Notes under the pieces: generated by a model
What the model saw: only the letters and a program-made list of their open reading frames with translations
Told to the model about the DNA's origin: nothing
Databases searched by the model: none
Source of the DNA: Camelus dromedarius
Lineage: Eukaryota
Direction of reading: 5' to 3'
NCBI RefSeq assembly: GCF_036321535.1
Contig: NC_087437.1
Coordinates: 2,418,001-2,482,000, forward strand
DNA: 64,000 nt
Translations under genes and position numbers: made by a program
In this document: positions 52,516 through 63,811 of the stretch, in pieces
Numbering within the stretch: the first letter of the stretch is position 1
Layout: each line of letters starts with the position of its first letter

Positions 52516-52989
52516 AGAAGGGTAATAAAAGGAAACAAGACGAAGCCAGAGGACGGTGGCCTTTAACCATGGAGCTACGAGTGGCAGGAGCTACGAGTGG
52601 CAGGAGCTGGATTTTAGGCAAGGAGGTAACAAAGACCTGAATTTTAAAAACTGTCTAGTAATCATGGTTGCGGTGTAGACCAAGGTCCCAGGAGGTGGAA
52701 CGGCGGAGAAGAAAGTCCTGAGGTGATTTCAGCGTTCTAGGAGGGAAGTAGTGATAGCCTGACCTTGGGTGAAGGCGTAGGAGCAGCAGAGTCAACAGAA
52801 AGCACAGGGAGAGGGAACGGCCACAGCCCCTGGCTGGCAGCGCACAACACGTCTGCTTCTGCTTTAACACAGAGCAGGTTCCTGAGACGCAGCGGACTGT
52901 AACGGAGCCGCGCTCCCTGGGCGGCACTAGGTGTGCACACGTTGCCGCGAGACACTTAGAAAGGCTGTGTAGTCACACGGGGGTCCTAC

Positions 52990-53131
52990 CTTTACTCTCC
53001 GGGCCAAGTCGCTCGATTAGCCTCAGGGTGTTCTTATAATTAGGGGAAAGCGACTCGCAATCCTCGGAAGCTGTCCCCGGGGACCGAGGTAAGTCATCGA
53101 GGCCATCCAGAGAATTCATCTGCTCTTTGAC
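52990..53131 (-). CDS. ANKRD26: ANKRD26-like exon, 142 bp, phase 0-1 (VKEQMNSLDGLDDLPRSPGTASEDCESLSPNYKNTLRLIERLGPESK)
   Basis: Resembles VKNQIQSMDDVDDLTQSSETASEDCE...; tttgtag/gtagga boundaries. Confidence 0.92.
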
Positions 53132-53621
53132 CTACAAATAAATAATGCTATTTCACAGTGTCTCCAACATTGTTATCAAATATGCTCAGTGTACAGAGGT
53201 GATCGATATCCATCTTTTTATGAGAGCAAAAACACAGACACTTCTCGAAAGAACTGATTTCTGTCAAAAGGCTAACTTTATCAGTAGTGTTTCTAAATGA
53301 TTTTGAAGTAAACGTTTCTACAACAAAGGAGGATTTTCTGTTTTTCCACTCTACCTTTTATAATTTTGTTTACTACAGGAAAACAATATTCAGGAAGGTT
53401 TTTTGCCTCAATTCCAAGGATAAAATTTAACTATAAATTATTACAGATCCTAACAATACTTTAAGTTTTGGGACTAGATAAAATGCTATTAAAAACTAGA
53501 TATTAAATAATTATTTATTGACTCTAAAAGTCTAGTTTGAAAGGCAATTTCTTTTGAACTGTGTTATCAAAGCACAAAAAACAGTATTAAACAAGAAATT
53601 TAAATTTACATTTTTACATAC

Positions 53622-53695
53622 CTGTGAGTGGTTATTTTCACTTCCATCAAGTCTTTCTTGTTCTTCCTCAGATGTGCTTTCTAAGTCTAGGTCTG
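53622..53695 (-). CDS. ANKRD26: ANKRD26-like exon, 74 bp (71 bp via NAGNAG acceptor), phase 1-0 (ADLDLESTSEEEQERLDGSENNHSQ)
   Basis: SEEEQER..GSENN motif of the ANKRD26/POTE family; ttcagcag acceptor, gtatgt donor. Confidence 0.92.
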
Positions 53696-54581
53696 CTGAA
53701 AAATGAATATGCTTAGTTAAAATTCACTACTTAGAACAGCTAGATAAAAGGCATCATCTTTATAAAAACATAAAACACATTTCATCAATTGACAGTTTAA
53801 ATTAAGCTTAATCTTTAGCTGGATATTTACTTCTTTAAGAAATACTTCTAATTATTTAAAATTTCAACAAACTATTTGGGAAATACTAGATGTTACCAGA
53901 TTAAAGGCATACAAACATCTCAAAGTTTCACTCACAAATTGATTCACCAGACATGAACAAAACAAAGAAATAAAACAAAATTTAAAAATACAGTAGAAAT
54001 ATACAAAATCACCTTCTCTACCTCCTAACAGTACCTTTTTAACAACATACCAAGCTTCAAGAGCAATGTTATTCATGCTTTCCAAAATTACTGTTACTTT
54101 TTATGCATTTATCTTTCCTTTATCTGAACGTTTCCCTCTATTGTTCTGACAAGTGCCTTTTCCTCTTTGAAGACTCAGCCTGCTCTGTGAAGTCCTCCTT
54201 GATTGCAGCTCTCTTTCTGCAGAGACACAGGGATCTCTTTCCTTGGAGTTACCTTGGTACTTCACAGATTTTTCTAGTGTGTCTTCACCAGCTGAACTCT
54301 AAACTATTTCTTTACATGTCTATCCTCTTTGCTCCTCTGCTGCAGAGGACAAACTCTTAAAAGTATCTTTGTATAAACAGTATTTATTAGAAAAACTTTG
54401 AGTTTATAGCTTGTAGTCACTACTATAGGAGATAACTGAGAATCTTTTGTAAATACGACATTAATTCTACAGGTAAGGAAAGAAAAGATAAAACTATCAG
54501 GAGCAGAAAAAAATATTGTATGACTTATTACTACAGCTCTGATTATATCACTGGTTTCACATCCATGAACCCTGTTTAAAA

Positions 54582-54930
54582 CAGCAGTTCTCACGTGCCA
54601 TCCGAGAAGCCCTGAAGCCCCAAGTTCCCTCCATCTAGGAAGTCCAGGAGGTCAAAACTAATTTCACAATAATACTGAACGCTATTTTCATTCTCATTCT
54701 CCGTTAAGTGTGCAGTGGAGGTTTCCAGATACATGACATGTGATAACATTATAGCTCTAATGGCTAATGCAATGTTTCTCTGTGCTTGTTTTTTAAATCT
54801 TTCAGTTTCATTTTCTAATATACTAAACATCAATAGATACAACCCACTTAAAACTTCTTCAGAATTCTCAATAATTTTTCATAGTATAAAAAATATCCTA
54901 AACCCCAAAACTTTTAGGATTATTTTTGAA
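54582..54930. mobile_element. hAT-Charlie (MER119/Charlie7-like) DNA transposon
   Basis: cagcagttctca... gaggtcaaaactaatttcacaataatact...gtgcagtggaggtttccaga. Confidence 0.7.
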
Positions 54931-55045
54931 AAGATCATGTCTACCAAATACTAAGGTAGGACTAATAACTTCCATCATTTTTAATAATCAAAGACACCAC
55001 ACACACACACTCTTAATCAAAACATCCAGTTGGCTTAAGATCTTT

Positions 55046-55151
55046 GGGCTAGGGAAATAGCTCAGTGGTAGAGCACATGCTTAGCATGTACAAGGTTCTG
55101 GGTTCAATCCCTAGGACCTCCATTAATAAATAAGTACAGAAATAAATAAAT
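55046..55151 (+). mobile_element. Vic-1-type SINE
   Basis: atagctcagtggtagagcacatgcttagcatgtacaaggttctgggttcaatccc. Confidence 0.9.
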
Positions 55152-55551
55152 ATCAGCAATGTGATAGCACTCGATGAAATCATTAAAGTGAAATATGACT
55201 GACATGTTAGCAAGTGAAGCTTTACCCTACGTAAAGGTCAGAATTCAATTAAGCATTTTAAAACTGGAAAAATCTTAGAACCTAATAATCAATCTCTCAG
55301 AATCCCCGACAAGTATAGGGACTCCAAACTGAGCACTTTAGTGTCTCCCAACATCAATAGAAACATCCGAGTCAAAGCTGACATTTTAAAAACCTATTTC
55401 TTATGCTTATATATATTTTTCAAACATGGATACCGATCGTAACATCTGCCTTACTTATGTCATCTTTCAATTAAATTTGAAAAAGTAAAAGGAGTTAGGA
55501 AGAAGAAGACTGTACTTCATTTCAGAGTTAAATTTGTATTGCAAAATTTAC

Positions 55552-55624
55552 CTGATTTGAATCTTTGTAAATTCTTCTTTGCTCCTGTTTTTTTAGGAAC
55601 AGAATCTTTCACTCCAACTGCAGG
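55552..55624 (-). CDS. ANKRD26: ANKRD26-like 73-bp exon, phase 0-1 (PAVGVKDSVPKKTGAKKNLQRFKS)
   Basis: Resembles PTIEMKDSVPNKAGGMKDVQTSKA; attcag/gtaaat boundaries. Confidence 0.9.
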
Positions 55625-55690
55625 CTGAATGGTTTTTGAAACAAATCGATTAATAATGTACATTTGATACAATTTGTAGTAGTAATTCAA

Positions 55691-55779
55691 GGGGGGAGGG
55701 TCTAGCTCAGTGGCAGTGTGCCTGTTTAGCAGTGCATGAGGTCCTAGGCTAAATTCCCAGTACCCGCATTAAAAAAAAA
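55691..55779 (+). mobile_element. Short Vic-1-type SINE in the small intron between the 29- and 73-bp exons
   Basis: gggggagggtctagctcagtggcag...; TSD aattcaag. Confidence 0.88.
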
Positions 55780-55807
55780 TTCAAGATAAAAGTATAAAAG
55801 TTTTTAC

Positions 55808-55836
55808 CTTCAGATGAGGATATTTTTCAGTAGCAT
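55808..55836 (-). CDS. ANKRD26: ANKRD26-like 29-bp exon, phase 1-0 (ATEKYPHLK)
   Basis: Family-typical 29-bp exon (human ESPERYLHLK); ag/gtaaaa boundaries. Confidence 0.9.
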
Positions 55837-56436
55837 CTAAAAGCCAAAAGGGACACATAATCAATTATAAGTAAATATGAAAGCCAACTATCCAGTCATG
55901 CAGTTAGTACTGAGCGCAATCCTCATGCTTGCTTTGGAAATGAACACGTTAGGTTTCGGTGTTTTAATTTTCAGGGGCAGTTAGGACAGCAACAAGGCAG
56001 AAATAGGAATCCATTATAGATACTGAATAAAGAGCAGGAATATAGGTTTAACAAAACATGCAGGTAAGAACTCAAAAGTACGATTATGTTTCAAATGACT
56101 CTATAAACTAGAAACGTGCACATGTACCAGTGTGAACATGCTGCCTGAGGAGGAGAAAAGCGATCTTTAATCAGAGGAACAAGTCACGGCTCCAAGAAGA
56201 CAAATGTGAAAGCTGACAGTAAAACGCAACAGCACAGCTTTCATGCGACTGACACTATTAGACTACAAGTATTTACCACGCTCTTCAATTCGTCCTGTGA
56301 TTTAGGAAGTCCACAGCTGTGATGGCAGTTCATTTGAATGTGCAATTCACTTCTCATCAGAGAAAGTGTTATGAATTGATCGGCTTGGATACACACTTGT
56401 AGAATAATCGTTCATAAAATTCATTTTTTTCCATAC

Positions 56437-56543
56437 CCACATGGGCTACCGGTGTGCCTACATTTCTTGGATCCTCTAGCCGTCCAAGTTTCTTGATCCA
56501 CTCATGCAAGAAAGAATGTATACTGAGTTTTCAATATTGAAAT
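56437..56543 (-). pseudogene. Frameshifted pseudo-exon homologous to the YIPSCMSGSRNFKMAKLEDTRNVGMPVAHM exon
   Basis: Reads YILSCMSGSRNLDG* in the ancestral frame; LEDPRNVGTPVAHV continues in a shifted frame; donor gtatgg retained. Confidence 0.8.
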
Positions 56544-57304
56544 CTGGTGATCAAAAAAATTTCATTGCCACAGAATTATTAGACATTAAAAGTCTTTTAT
56601 ATTTCAAAACCTGTGTAGTATTCACTGAAAATAACAACTTTAGCATTTATGGAATGAATCCTATTAATTTCTTTTATTTCCAAAATTGGTTTCATAACTC
56701 AGGCTAATGTTTAAAAGGATTATTGTGAAACAAATATCTTATCAAAACATTAGGTATCATTAAAAACAACAACAACACAGCCAATGCTTCATATTCAAAT
56801 TAATCTCACTTGAATAACAAATACCAATACAACATGTGTCTTTGAAGCCTGATAGGAGGAGTGGCTGTGGTTTACCCCAATTCTAGGCCCCCTCCTGATT
56901 CCAGTATTCTCTGGAGTGGCAGTGATCTAACCTGGCTTCAGTGCAAAGATACTGACGCCATCGAAAAGGAGTTCTCTCAAGTTTCCCCTCAATTCCAAAA
57001 TCACCTACCTGTGGCCATTTTTCCCTCCTTCCTTCCTTTCACTTTCCTCTTCAAAGGTACCTCTAGATCTGCGGTCTTTATACTTCCCCTTCTCTATTCT
57101 TTGGATGGATGATGCCCACCATTTCTTTTCCCTCTCTGCTTAGCAGCAGTAGCTTACATCTCTAGTTTCTACTTCAACACTTTGCCTTGCTCTGGCTATG
57201 AACGTGCTCAGAAAGAAACACAAAATCATGCTTTTCCTTGATGCTGTTGTGTCTTTAAATCCCCAGTGGCTCTTTTCCCAGATTCCCCTAAACACAAGTC
57301 TACC

Positions 57305-57430
57305 CTCTGAGCGTGATCTGAAGACCAGCAACAAGGGCATCACCTGAGAGCTTGTTAGAAACGCAGACCCACTGCTCAGAATGTGCACTTTTCACTGGGT
57401 CCCCAGGTGACTGAGTGAAATGTGAGCAAC
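57305..57430. mobile_element. MER5A-like element
   Basis: gcatcacctgagagcttgttagaaacgcaga...tccccaggtgact. Confidence 0.8.
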
Positions 57431-58259
57431 TCCGGTCTATACCGAGTCTGCTTCTGCAGCACTCGGACTTAACTGATCCTTCTGAAATCCAGCCGCACGC
57501 GTCTCACTGTAACACTTCCCCGAAAGCTGCATCAGGAGTTGCAGACTTTCCAGTGGACTCTTTACCAGGCTCCAGCGCCCCTGAACTCCCCGGAACGCAC
57601 CCTGCCCTCTTCCTCTTTCCCACTCTCTTCTGTTGGCCTATGAGACACCATCCTATAAGGCAGCAGCACGCTGCATGACACGAAGGTCCAGACATTGACA
57701 GCTGACCACACACGCCTGTGCTCACCCACGGCAGGCACACCCAGCTCTGCGTGATCAGGTACCGCAGTCCTCACCGCCTTCCTAATGATCGGGGGTCGGG
57801 GGAGTGGAACATTCTGCTGAGGTTCCCGGACAAGCTTTGGTGCTGGAAGCAGCTCACTTCATACCCACCTCATTTCAAACACTCCTCTTCCTTCTTCTAA
57901 AGAACTATCCTACATTCATTACCACCTCCTGCCAGGGACCCCCCCTCCTTTTCCTTCATTTTCTCCCCTCCTCTCTACCTCTCTCATTCTTCGCTCCCTC
58001 CTTCCCTCCTCCTGATTTCCTGACTGTCCTCAGGTCACAGAGCATCTTGAAAGAAAGCTAACAACTGAGCTCCTTAAACAGCATTCTAGTTTAATCTGTT
58101 GCTGACACCTGATAAGATATACAATTTACTTCCTTTCTTCCTCTTGTTTCTCACTATACGTTCAACAGGTGATTTTCTTTGGCTGAGAGAATAGATCCAA
58201 ATCCATGTTTTAAATCAACATTCTGTCAAATGACTTTTTTTATAAAATACAGTGCTTAC

Positions 58260-58353
58260 TTTCTATTTGTCCATTTAATGTATTTTTTTCTCCTAGACCT
58301 GCAGCTCCAGATAAATGACCAACATGGCTCCATAGTTGAATCTCGGAGGTACT
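58260..58353 (-). CDS. ANKRD26: ANKRD26-like exon, 94 bp, phase 0-1 (STSEIQLWSHVGHLSGAAGLGEKNTLNGQIE)
   Basis: Resembles SISENFPQKYVDPLAGAADGKEKNIGNEQAE; acceptor ttttaacag, donor gtaagc. Confidence 0.9.
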
Positions 58354-60649
58354 CTGTTAAAATTAATATTAATAATGAGTTGCATAAAGATTCCCTTATC
58401 CCTTTCTAAGAAAATACCTGTGTTTCCTACCTTATTATTATTTTTAAATTTCCTACTTTAAAAGCAATTAGACTTAAAAACAAAATAAGCATATCCTGGA
58501 AACCCAAACATTTAAAGAGAAAATTTCATATAGACTCTCTAGATCAAGTCTATCTTTTATCTTCAGTTGGCTTCTGACTCTGTAAACTGAGCATGGAAAG
58601 CCAGAGCAAATATTTTCATAGACAAAATACTGACTTATGTGCAGATTTCAACAAAGAATTAACTTCAAAATACCTAATTCCATTCTGCATTCCTCGACAA
58701 AAGAAGAGGACATTTTAAAAAATACACATTTTTATATGTATAACTGAATTGCTTTGCAGTACACTTGAAACTAAAATTATAAACTGACTACACTTCAATA
58801 AAAAATAAAATTTAAAATATACATATTTAAACATATTCTTTAATACGTATACGTGCTGTAAAGTTAAAATGTTTCTTAGGACAGATATTGCTCTTAATAT
58901 TAAAATAACATACTTGGCATGAAAAGAAGCCTTGGAGTGTGTCATGTTGAGTATCAACACAACACTGTGGAAACTGCTACATTTCAGGAAACAAAGGCTT
59001 AGCAGAATCTAACGATTATTTGATAAAACTTTTATTCATAAGAAAAATAGTTGAATAAATTACCAAAGTAGAAAGAAAAACATTTATGTTTAAATTAACA
59101 GCAGAGAAATTTTAAATGTAGCTATGCAGCTCTTCAAAAAGGTACCATAAGCTTTACATTACTAAGGGAAGAATAAGAACACTGTTTAGTGACCACCCGC
59201 ATGTGCCAGGCCCTTATGATGCACATTCTCTTCTCTACACACAACAATAATAAAAGTGATCCTAAGGACGGTTACACACTTGCTGCTTCCTGGCCACTCC
59301 AAGATGCTGGAGCACCGTGATGAGCAGATGGGACCCGCTCTTCCCTCTGTCCAGAACATCCCTCCCCGGGACCTTCGTGTGACTGGCTCCTTCCTGTCCG
59401 TCACCTGGCAGCTTTGGTCACACTCAGCTCTTTTCTGACTACCTAAATTCCACCCTTACTCCACCCCCGGCCTAACTACAAACTCCCCCACTGTTGTCTG
59501 CCCTAACGCTCTCCACGTTCCTTAAGTGAAGGACTTACTGTCCCTGATAAAGGGTTCCTGTTTACTTGTTCTTCTTTTCCTGCTACTACAGCCTAACCCC
59601 TCAACTGCTACATTCAGTGTCTAGCTGCCTGGTGCTAGTCGGTGTTCAGGAACAGGAGTTTATTTAAGGTCAAAACATCTAAAGTCTCCAGAAGGCGTCA
59701 AGTACCAAAGCACTACATACCTATCGGAGATGTCTGGTACTAGTTTGCTGACACTTAACGTACCCCAAATGAGAAGTCCCCGTGCCCGCTCTAACGTTCC
59801 CATTTTATTGTCCTTCAGATTTTAGAAAAGTGTCCTCAACATTTCAGTAGGTCCCTAGTGGCCACTGTGATCATTCTGTCTTATATTTCTATAGCACCCT
59901 TTACAGTTGACAATGTGTTTTCACATTTGTTACCACAGTTTTGTTCACGACACATAACCTGAGAGGTAGGTATCAGTACCATGTTTTTGAACGAGGTCAC
60001 TGACATTCAAACAAGTCAGACAAGTGTTTCCAAGATCCCATAGTGGGTCAGAACCAGGATGCCACGTCTGCTGACTTCAAGTACAGTGCTGTGCCACCAG
60101 GCAGGAGCTGCCGGGATCCAAGGGCTCAGGCTCTTACCTCTTTCCACGGCTGTCACCTTGGAATAGGTCACCACTACCCTGCACTTAGCTGCCTTCAAGT
60201 CCGGTCGCCATAAAGGTACTCAGTGCACGCTATTTTCCCTACCCGAAATGGGCTGTCCTCAGTAAAACATCACTAACCCAAACTGCTGGTATTTTAACCC
60301 CACATACTTATTACTATTCCCCATGCTTTTGCTTCTCCTGAAATGTTCTTTGCAGCTCTAACTGACAATCCAAATATATTAATACTTTGAAGTCACAAGC
60401 ACTGTCTTTTCAAGGTCAAAGTGGTTAAACAAACAAACAAAAACACCCTTTTTTTGTGGGTTTGTTTTTTTTTTACTACAACCTGTTTCTCTCTGAGTCT
60501 CATTAAGAGTTTTACACATTCATTTATAACAAAGAAACAGCTGGTCACAGGCTGACAAAGAATTATTTTCTTTAGTTTTTAGAAAATGTAACTTCAGAAC
60601 CCAAGCCGATTCCCTATGACTTCTAAGCCTTGGTTTTTGCACTACATAC

Positions 60650-60669
60650 ACCAGTTTCATTAGGTGAGT
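60650..60669 (-). CDS. Candidate micro-exon, 20 bp, phase 1-0 (DSPNETG)
   Basis: Acceptor ttaattttccag, donor gtatgt; restores phase 0 for the 94-bp exon. Confidence 0.4.
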
Positions 60670-61668
60670 CTGGAAAATTAACAGACGTGCAGTCTGCAGT
60701 GGTATGACACGTGGCACAGAATGACTTTATTAAGTGTGGTATAAAATGAGGAAAAAATTTTGCTGGGCAGATGTAAAAGTGAGAAAGTGAAGTCAAAACA
60801 TCCCTCCATTTATGTTTTAACATGACTAGTCAAGTACAAACTTAAGGCAAGAAAAAAAGGAAAATGTAAGTATAACAAGGCATGTGGAGATATACATGTA
60901 TTTCAGCATTTATATATAATAGATCGGTGATGTATCAATATTGTCAGGGATATACTATGAATGAAAGCCTCTGTTTAACCTTTTTATTATATATATAAAA
61001 ATATATAAATTACATATGCAAGTATATATATTATTCTTCAGCAAATTTTATAAAAATATCAAAATATATGATATATAAAACAAAGGCCTTTGTTCATAAT
61101 ATATCCCCAATAATACTGACTTGTACTAATCTACAACCGTTTGTTTGTAAATACTACTATAAGTAAGACTTAAATTTTGTCACTAGAAGTCGCTCAATTG
61201 AACACGGTCATCTCTCACTACCTGAGCACTGTGAATTATTACTAGAGAGAGAGAAAAATAGATTTTAGAAACTTCCTAACACATCAACTTTCCACTTAGA
61301 GGAAGAACAGGTAATCAGGATTCTAAGGATAATATATAGCTTGAAAAGATACATTGAATGGAACATGAGAGGGGGCTAAAAAGAAGGTTAAAAAGTTTTC
61401 ATCTCAAATTCTAAGCTCACAATTGGTAGATACTGGAAAACAGACTGTAACTTATTCCTATTCATCATATGCTTCTTATCTATTTCCTTGGCATTTATGA
61501 CAGATTTCCTGTCATAACAACTGAACTTTTACAACCTAAACAAAGGGAATAGAAATTTAAGTCATATTTTTAGAATTCAAATAGATTTCATTATGACGTA
61601 GTACGTGTACTATATTACCTGTACAATCAAATAGATTTCATTATGATAGAGTATGTGTGTTATATAAC

Positions 61669-61722
61669 CTGCAGCGTGGTGCAGAAGTCCATGTCTCCTC
61701 ATGCACTCACATTCAAAAAATA
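61669..61722 (-). CDS. Candidate small exon, 54 bp, phase 1-1 (VFFECECMRRHGLLHHAA); alternative donor extends it to 61619
   Basis: Acceptor cattttag; donors cag|gttata and cag|gtaata; open and phase-consistent. Confidence 0.4.
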
Positions 61723-62559
61723 CTAAAATGTTTCTTACATTTAAGACCTTATTCTAGGTGCTCCAGGAAATGCACAATTACGTTCCCTAATCTCTAGCGG
61801 TGTATACTGATGCAGGGGTTATAAAATGAATATGTAAATCACTATACTACAAAGTATCTGAAACTTGAAATTTTAGAATGGGACACGAGGACTGGACATA
61901 CTTTTTTAAACTATAATACAAAAGAATTCTGAAGTAGGTTTTATCATATGGTTGTTATTAACAGTCTACTTTGAGAGCTGGTTGTTATTTCAGGGAAAAC
62001 ATGTATTCTTCAATTAGATGAGGAGTTTTGAATATACTCTTAATGGGATAATTTAGAAAACACAGAGGAATCTATAATATGGATTTTGAGAAACAGAATT
62101 TTAATTTCTAAATTTCTATAATTTCAATTATTATTTTAGTCTTAATGCAGAACCAGAGATAGAAATAAAGTAAAACAAACAAACAAACAAATAAAACAAT
62201 AACCTCTTTCCTCACAACTCTCTGATACCAAAAGAAAAAGTGTCCAAGGGGAAAAAAACAGACACATGCTATGCAGTTTTGGAACTGAAAGGCCCCAGGA
62301 AGAGGCCATGATTATCACAGTAAGTAGCTGTGTGCACTGAAGATGTCCCTGAAGCACGAGTATTATACAAGTGCCGTCAGTGTGGATTAAAAGTCAAAGA
62401 ACCCTTATCCTTGGCCAAGCTTCACACTTCCTCTATGGTGGGAAACCTTTTCACAGTACAGTTTTCCTGTCACTATATATGTTCTAGTCCATTTTGCTTC
62501 AGCCTTATCTTCAGTATTTACCAAAGTAAAAAAAAGAAAAGAAAAAGAAAAAAATCAAC

Positions 62560-62599
62560 CTGTCATATTTTTATAAAATGGTTTACTCTGACCAAATTT
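62560..62599 (-). CDS. Candidate small exon, 40 bp, phase 0-1 (KFGQSKPFYKNMT)
   Basis: Acceptor tttgtgttag, weak donor cag|gttgat, 112-bp upstream intron, phase-consistent. Confidence 0.5.
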
Positions 62600-62711
62600 C
62601 TAACACAAACATAAAACAATGATAGGCAGAGCACTGCTAAATTTTAAGAGTAAATACTACACAAAACTAAATTCAGAGCAGAAAAATGAATTTCACAAGA
62701 GAACACTTTAC

Positions 62712-62781
62712 CTTGGGAGTAAGAGCTAAGTCATCATCCGATGGAGGCCTTGAATCATCAATATCATCTTTGGGTGAAACG
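62712..62781 (-). CDS. ANKRD26: ANKRD26-like exon, 70 bp, phase 2-0 (SVSPKDDIDDSRPPSDDDLALTPK)
   Basis: Resembles human LSGKPGVDDSWPTSDDEDLNFDTK; acceptor tttttgctccaaag, donor gtaaag. Confidence 0.88.
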
Positions 62782-62864
62782 CTTTGGAGCAAAAATACAC
62801 AACAAAAATGAGTGAGTTCATTTCTTTAAACAAACTAGTCACAAAAGTCTATGCTGAGGGATAA

Positions 62865-63100
62865 GAAAGCAGATCTGGGAGCCAGGCTGCCTGATGGTCA
62901 AGTCACAGCTCAACTACTTGCTAACCATGGAATCATGGGTCAACCAGTCAACCTCCTTAAGCTACACTTGCTTAGTTAACTAACAGTAAGCTGTATCAGC
63001 ACAGCTACTCTGCAAAGCTGTTGTGGTGACTGTACGAGGTAACAAATGTCAAGTACATAACACGGTGTCTAACCCAGAGTAGGACACTCAACAAGCCTTG
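62865..63100 (+). mobile_element. MIR
   Basis: gagccaggctgcctg...cagctcaactacttgcta...agtaggacactcaacaa. Confidence 0.7.
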
Positions 63101-63160
63101 TTTCTTTTCTCTGTGTTCCCTTAGTCAACATGTAATTTTCAAAAATCCATAAAATCCTAC

Positions 63161-63212
63161 CTGATGACAGAGATATCTTCATTCCTCGGTGAAACCTCAA
63201 CCATTAAATCCG
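63161..63212 (-). CDS. ANKRD26-like exon, 52 bp, phase 1-2 (PDLMVEVSPRNEDISVI)
   Basis: Acceptor ccttaatag, donor gtagga; position and phase of the VDESSEDSLSR exon. Confidence 0.75.
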
Positions 63213-63589
63213 CTATTAAGGAAAAAAGTAAAATAGACTTCATATCAGCAATAGAAAAACACAGAATATTTAAAGTGTAAGACCAATGTTCTGTTAACAA
63301 GCTTTCCTTTGGGACCACACCTGGAGACTACACACTTGAGTGAATACTGAGTATACTCCTGGTAGGTAATTAATGCATAAAAGCCACTACCCCTCCTTTA
63401 TATTTACCAAAAAGAAAAAGGGTGTTTATCCAAGTTTGGTATCTTGAAGTGAATTGTTGTTTACAAGGACCAAAATCCCAACCAAACTTTACAAGACTCA
63501 CAAAAGAATGATAATCATTACTACAATCAGCATCATAAACTGACAACATCACGCTCACACAGCGTGGTGTTTCTGGACGACACCCATGG

Positions 63590-63780
63590 GACTAACCCAC
63601 CCTGCCATTTAGCTTTGTCAGCCTCGTGTTATCTGGGCACGGTCATCCCTTTTCGTTCACATACGGTCTAGGGCTGCCTTCACACTGCAATGGCAGACAT
63701 GAGTACATGTGACAGACACCACATGGCCTAAAATATTGACTCTCTGGCCCTTTGTAGAAAAAGCTTGTGCATCCCTGCCT
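63590..63780. mobile_element. MER58-like MITE
   Basis: gctgccttcacactgcaatggcaga...cctaaaatattgactctctggccctttgtagaaaaagcttgtgcatccctg. Confidence 0.8.
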
Positions 63781-63811
63781 TATGTCACAACCAGGAAACC
63801 CTAAGACTCAC

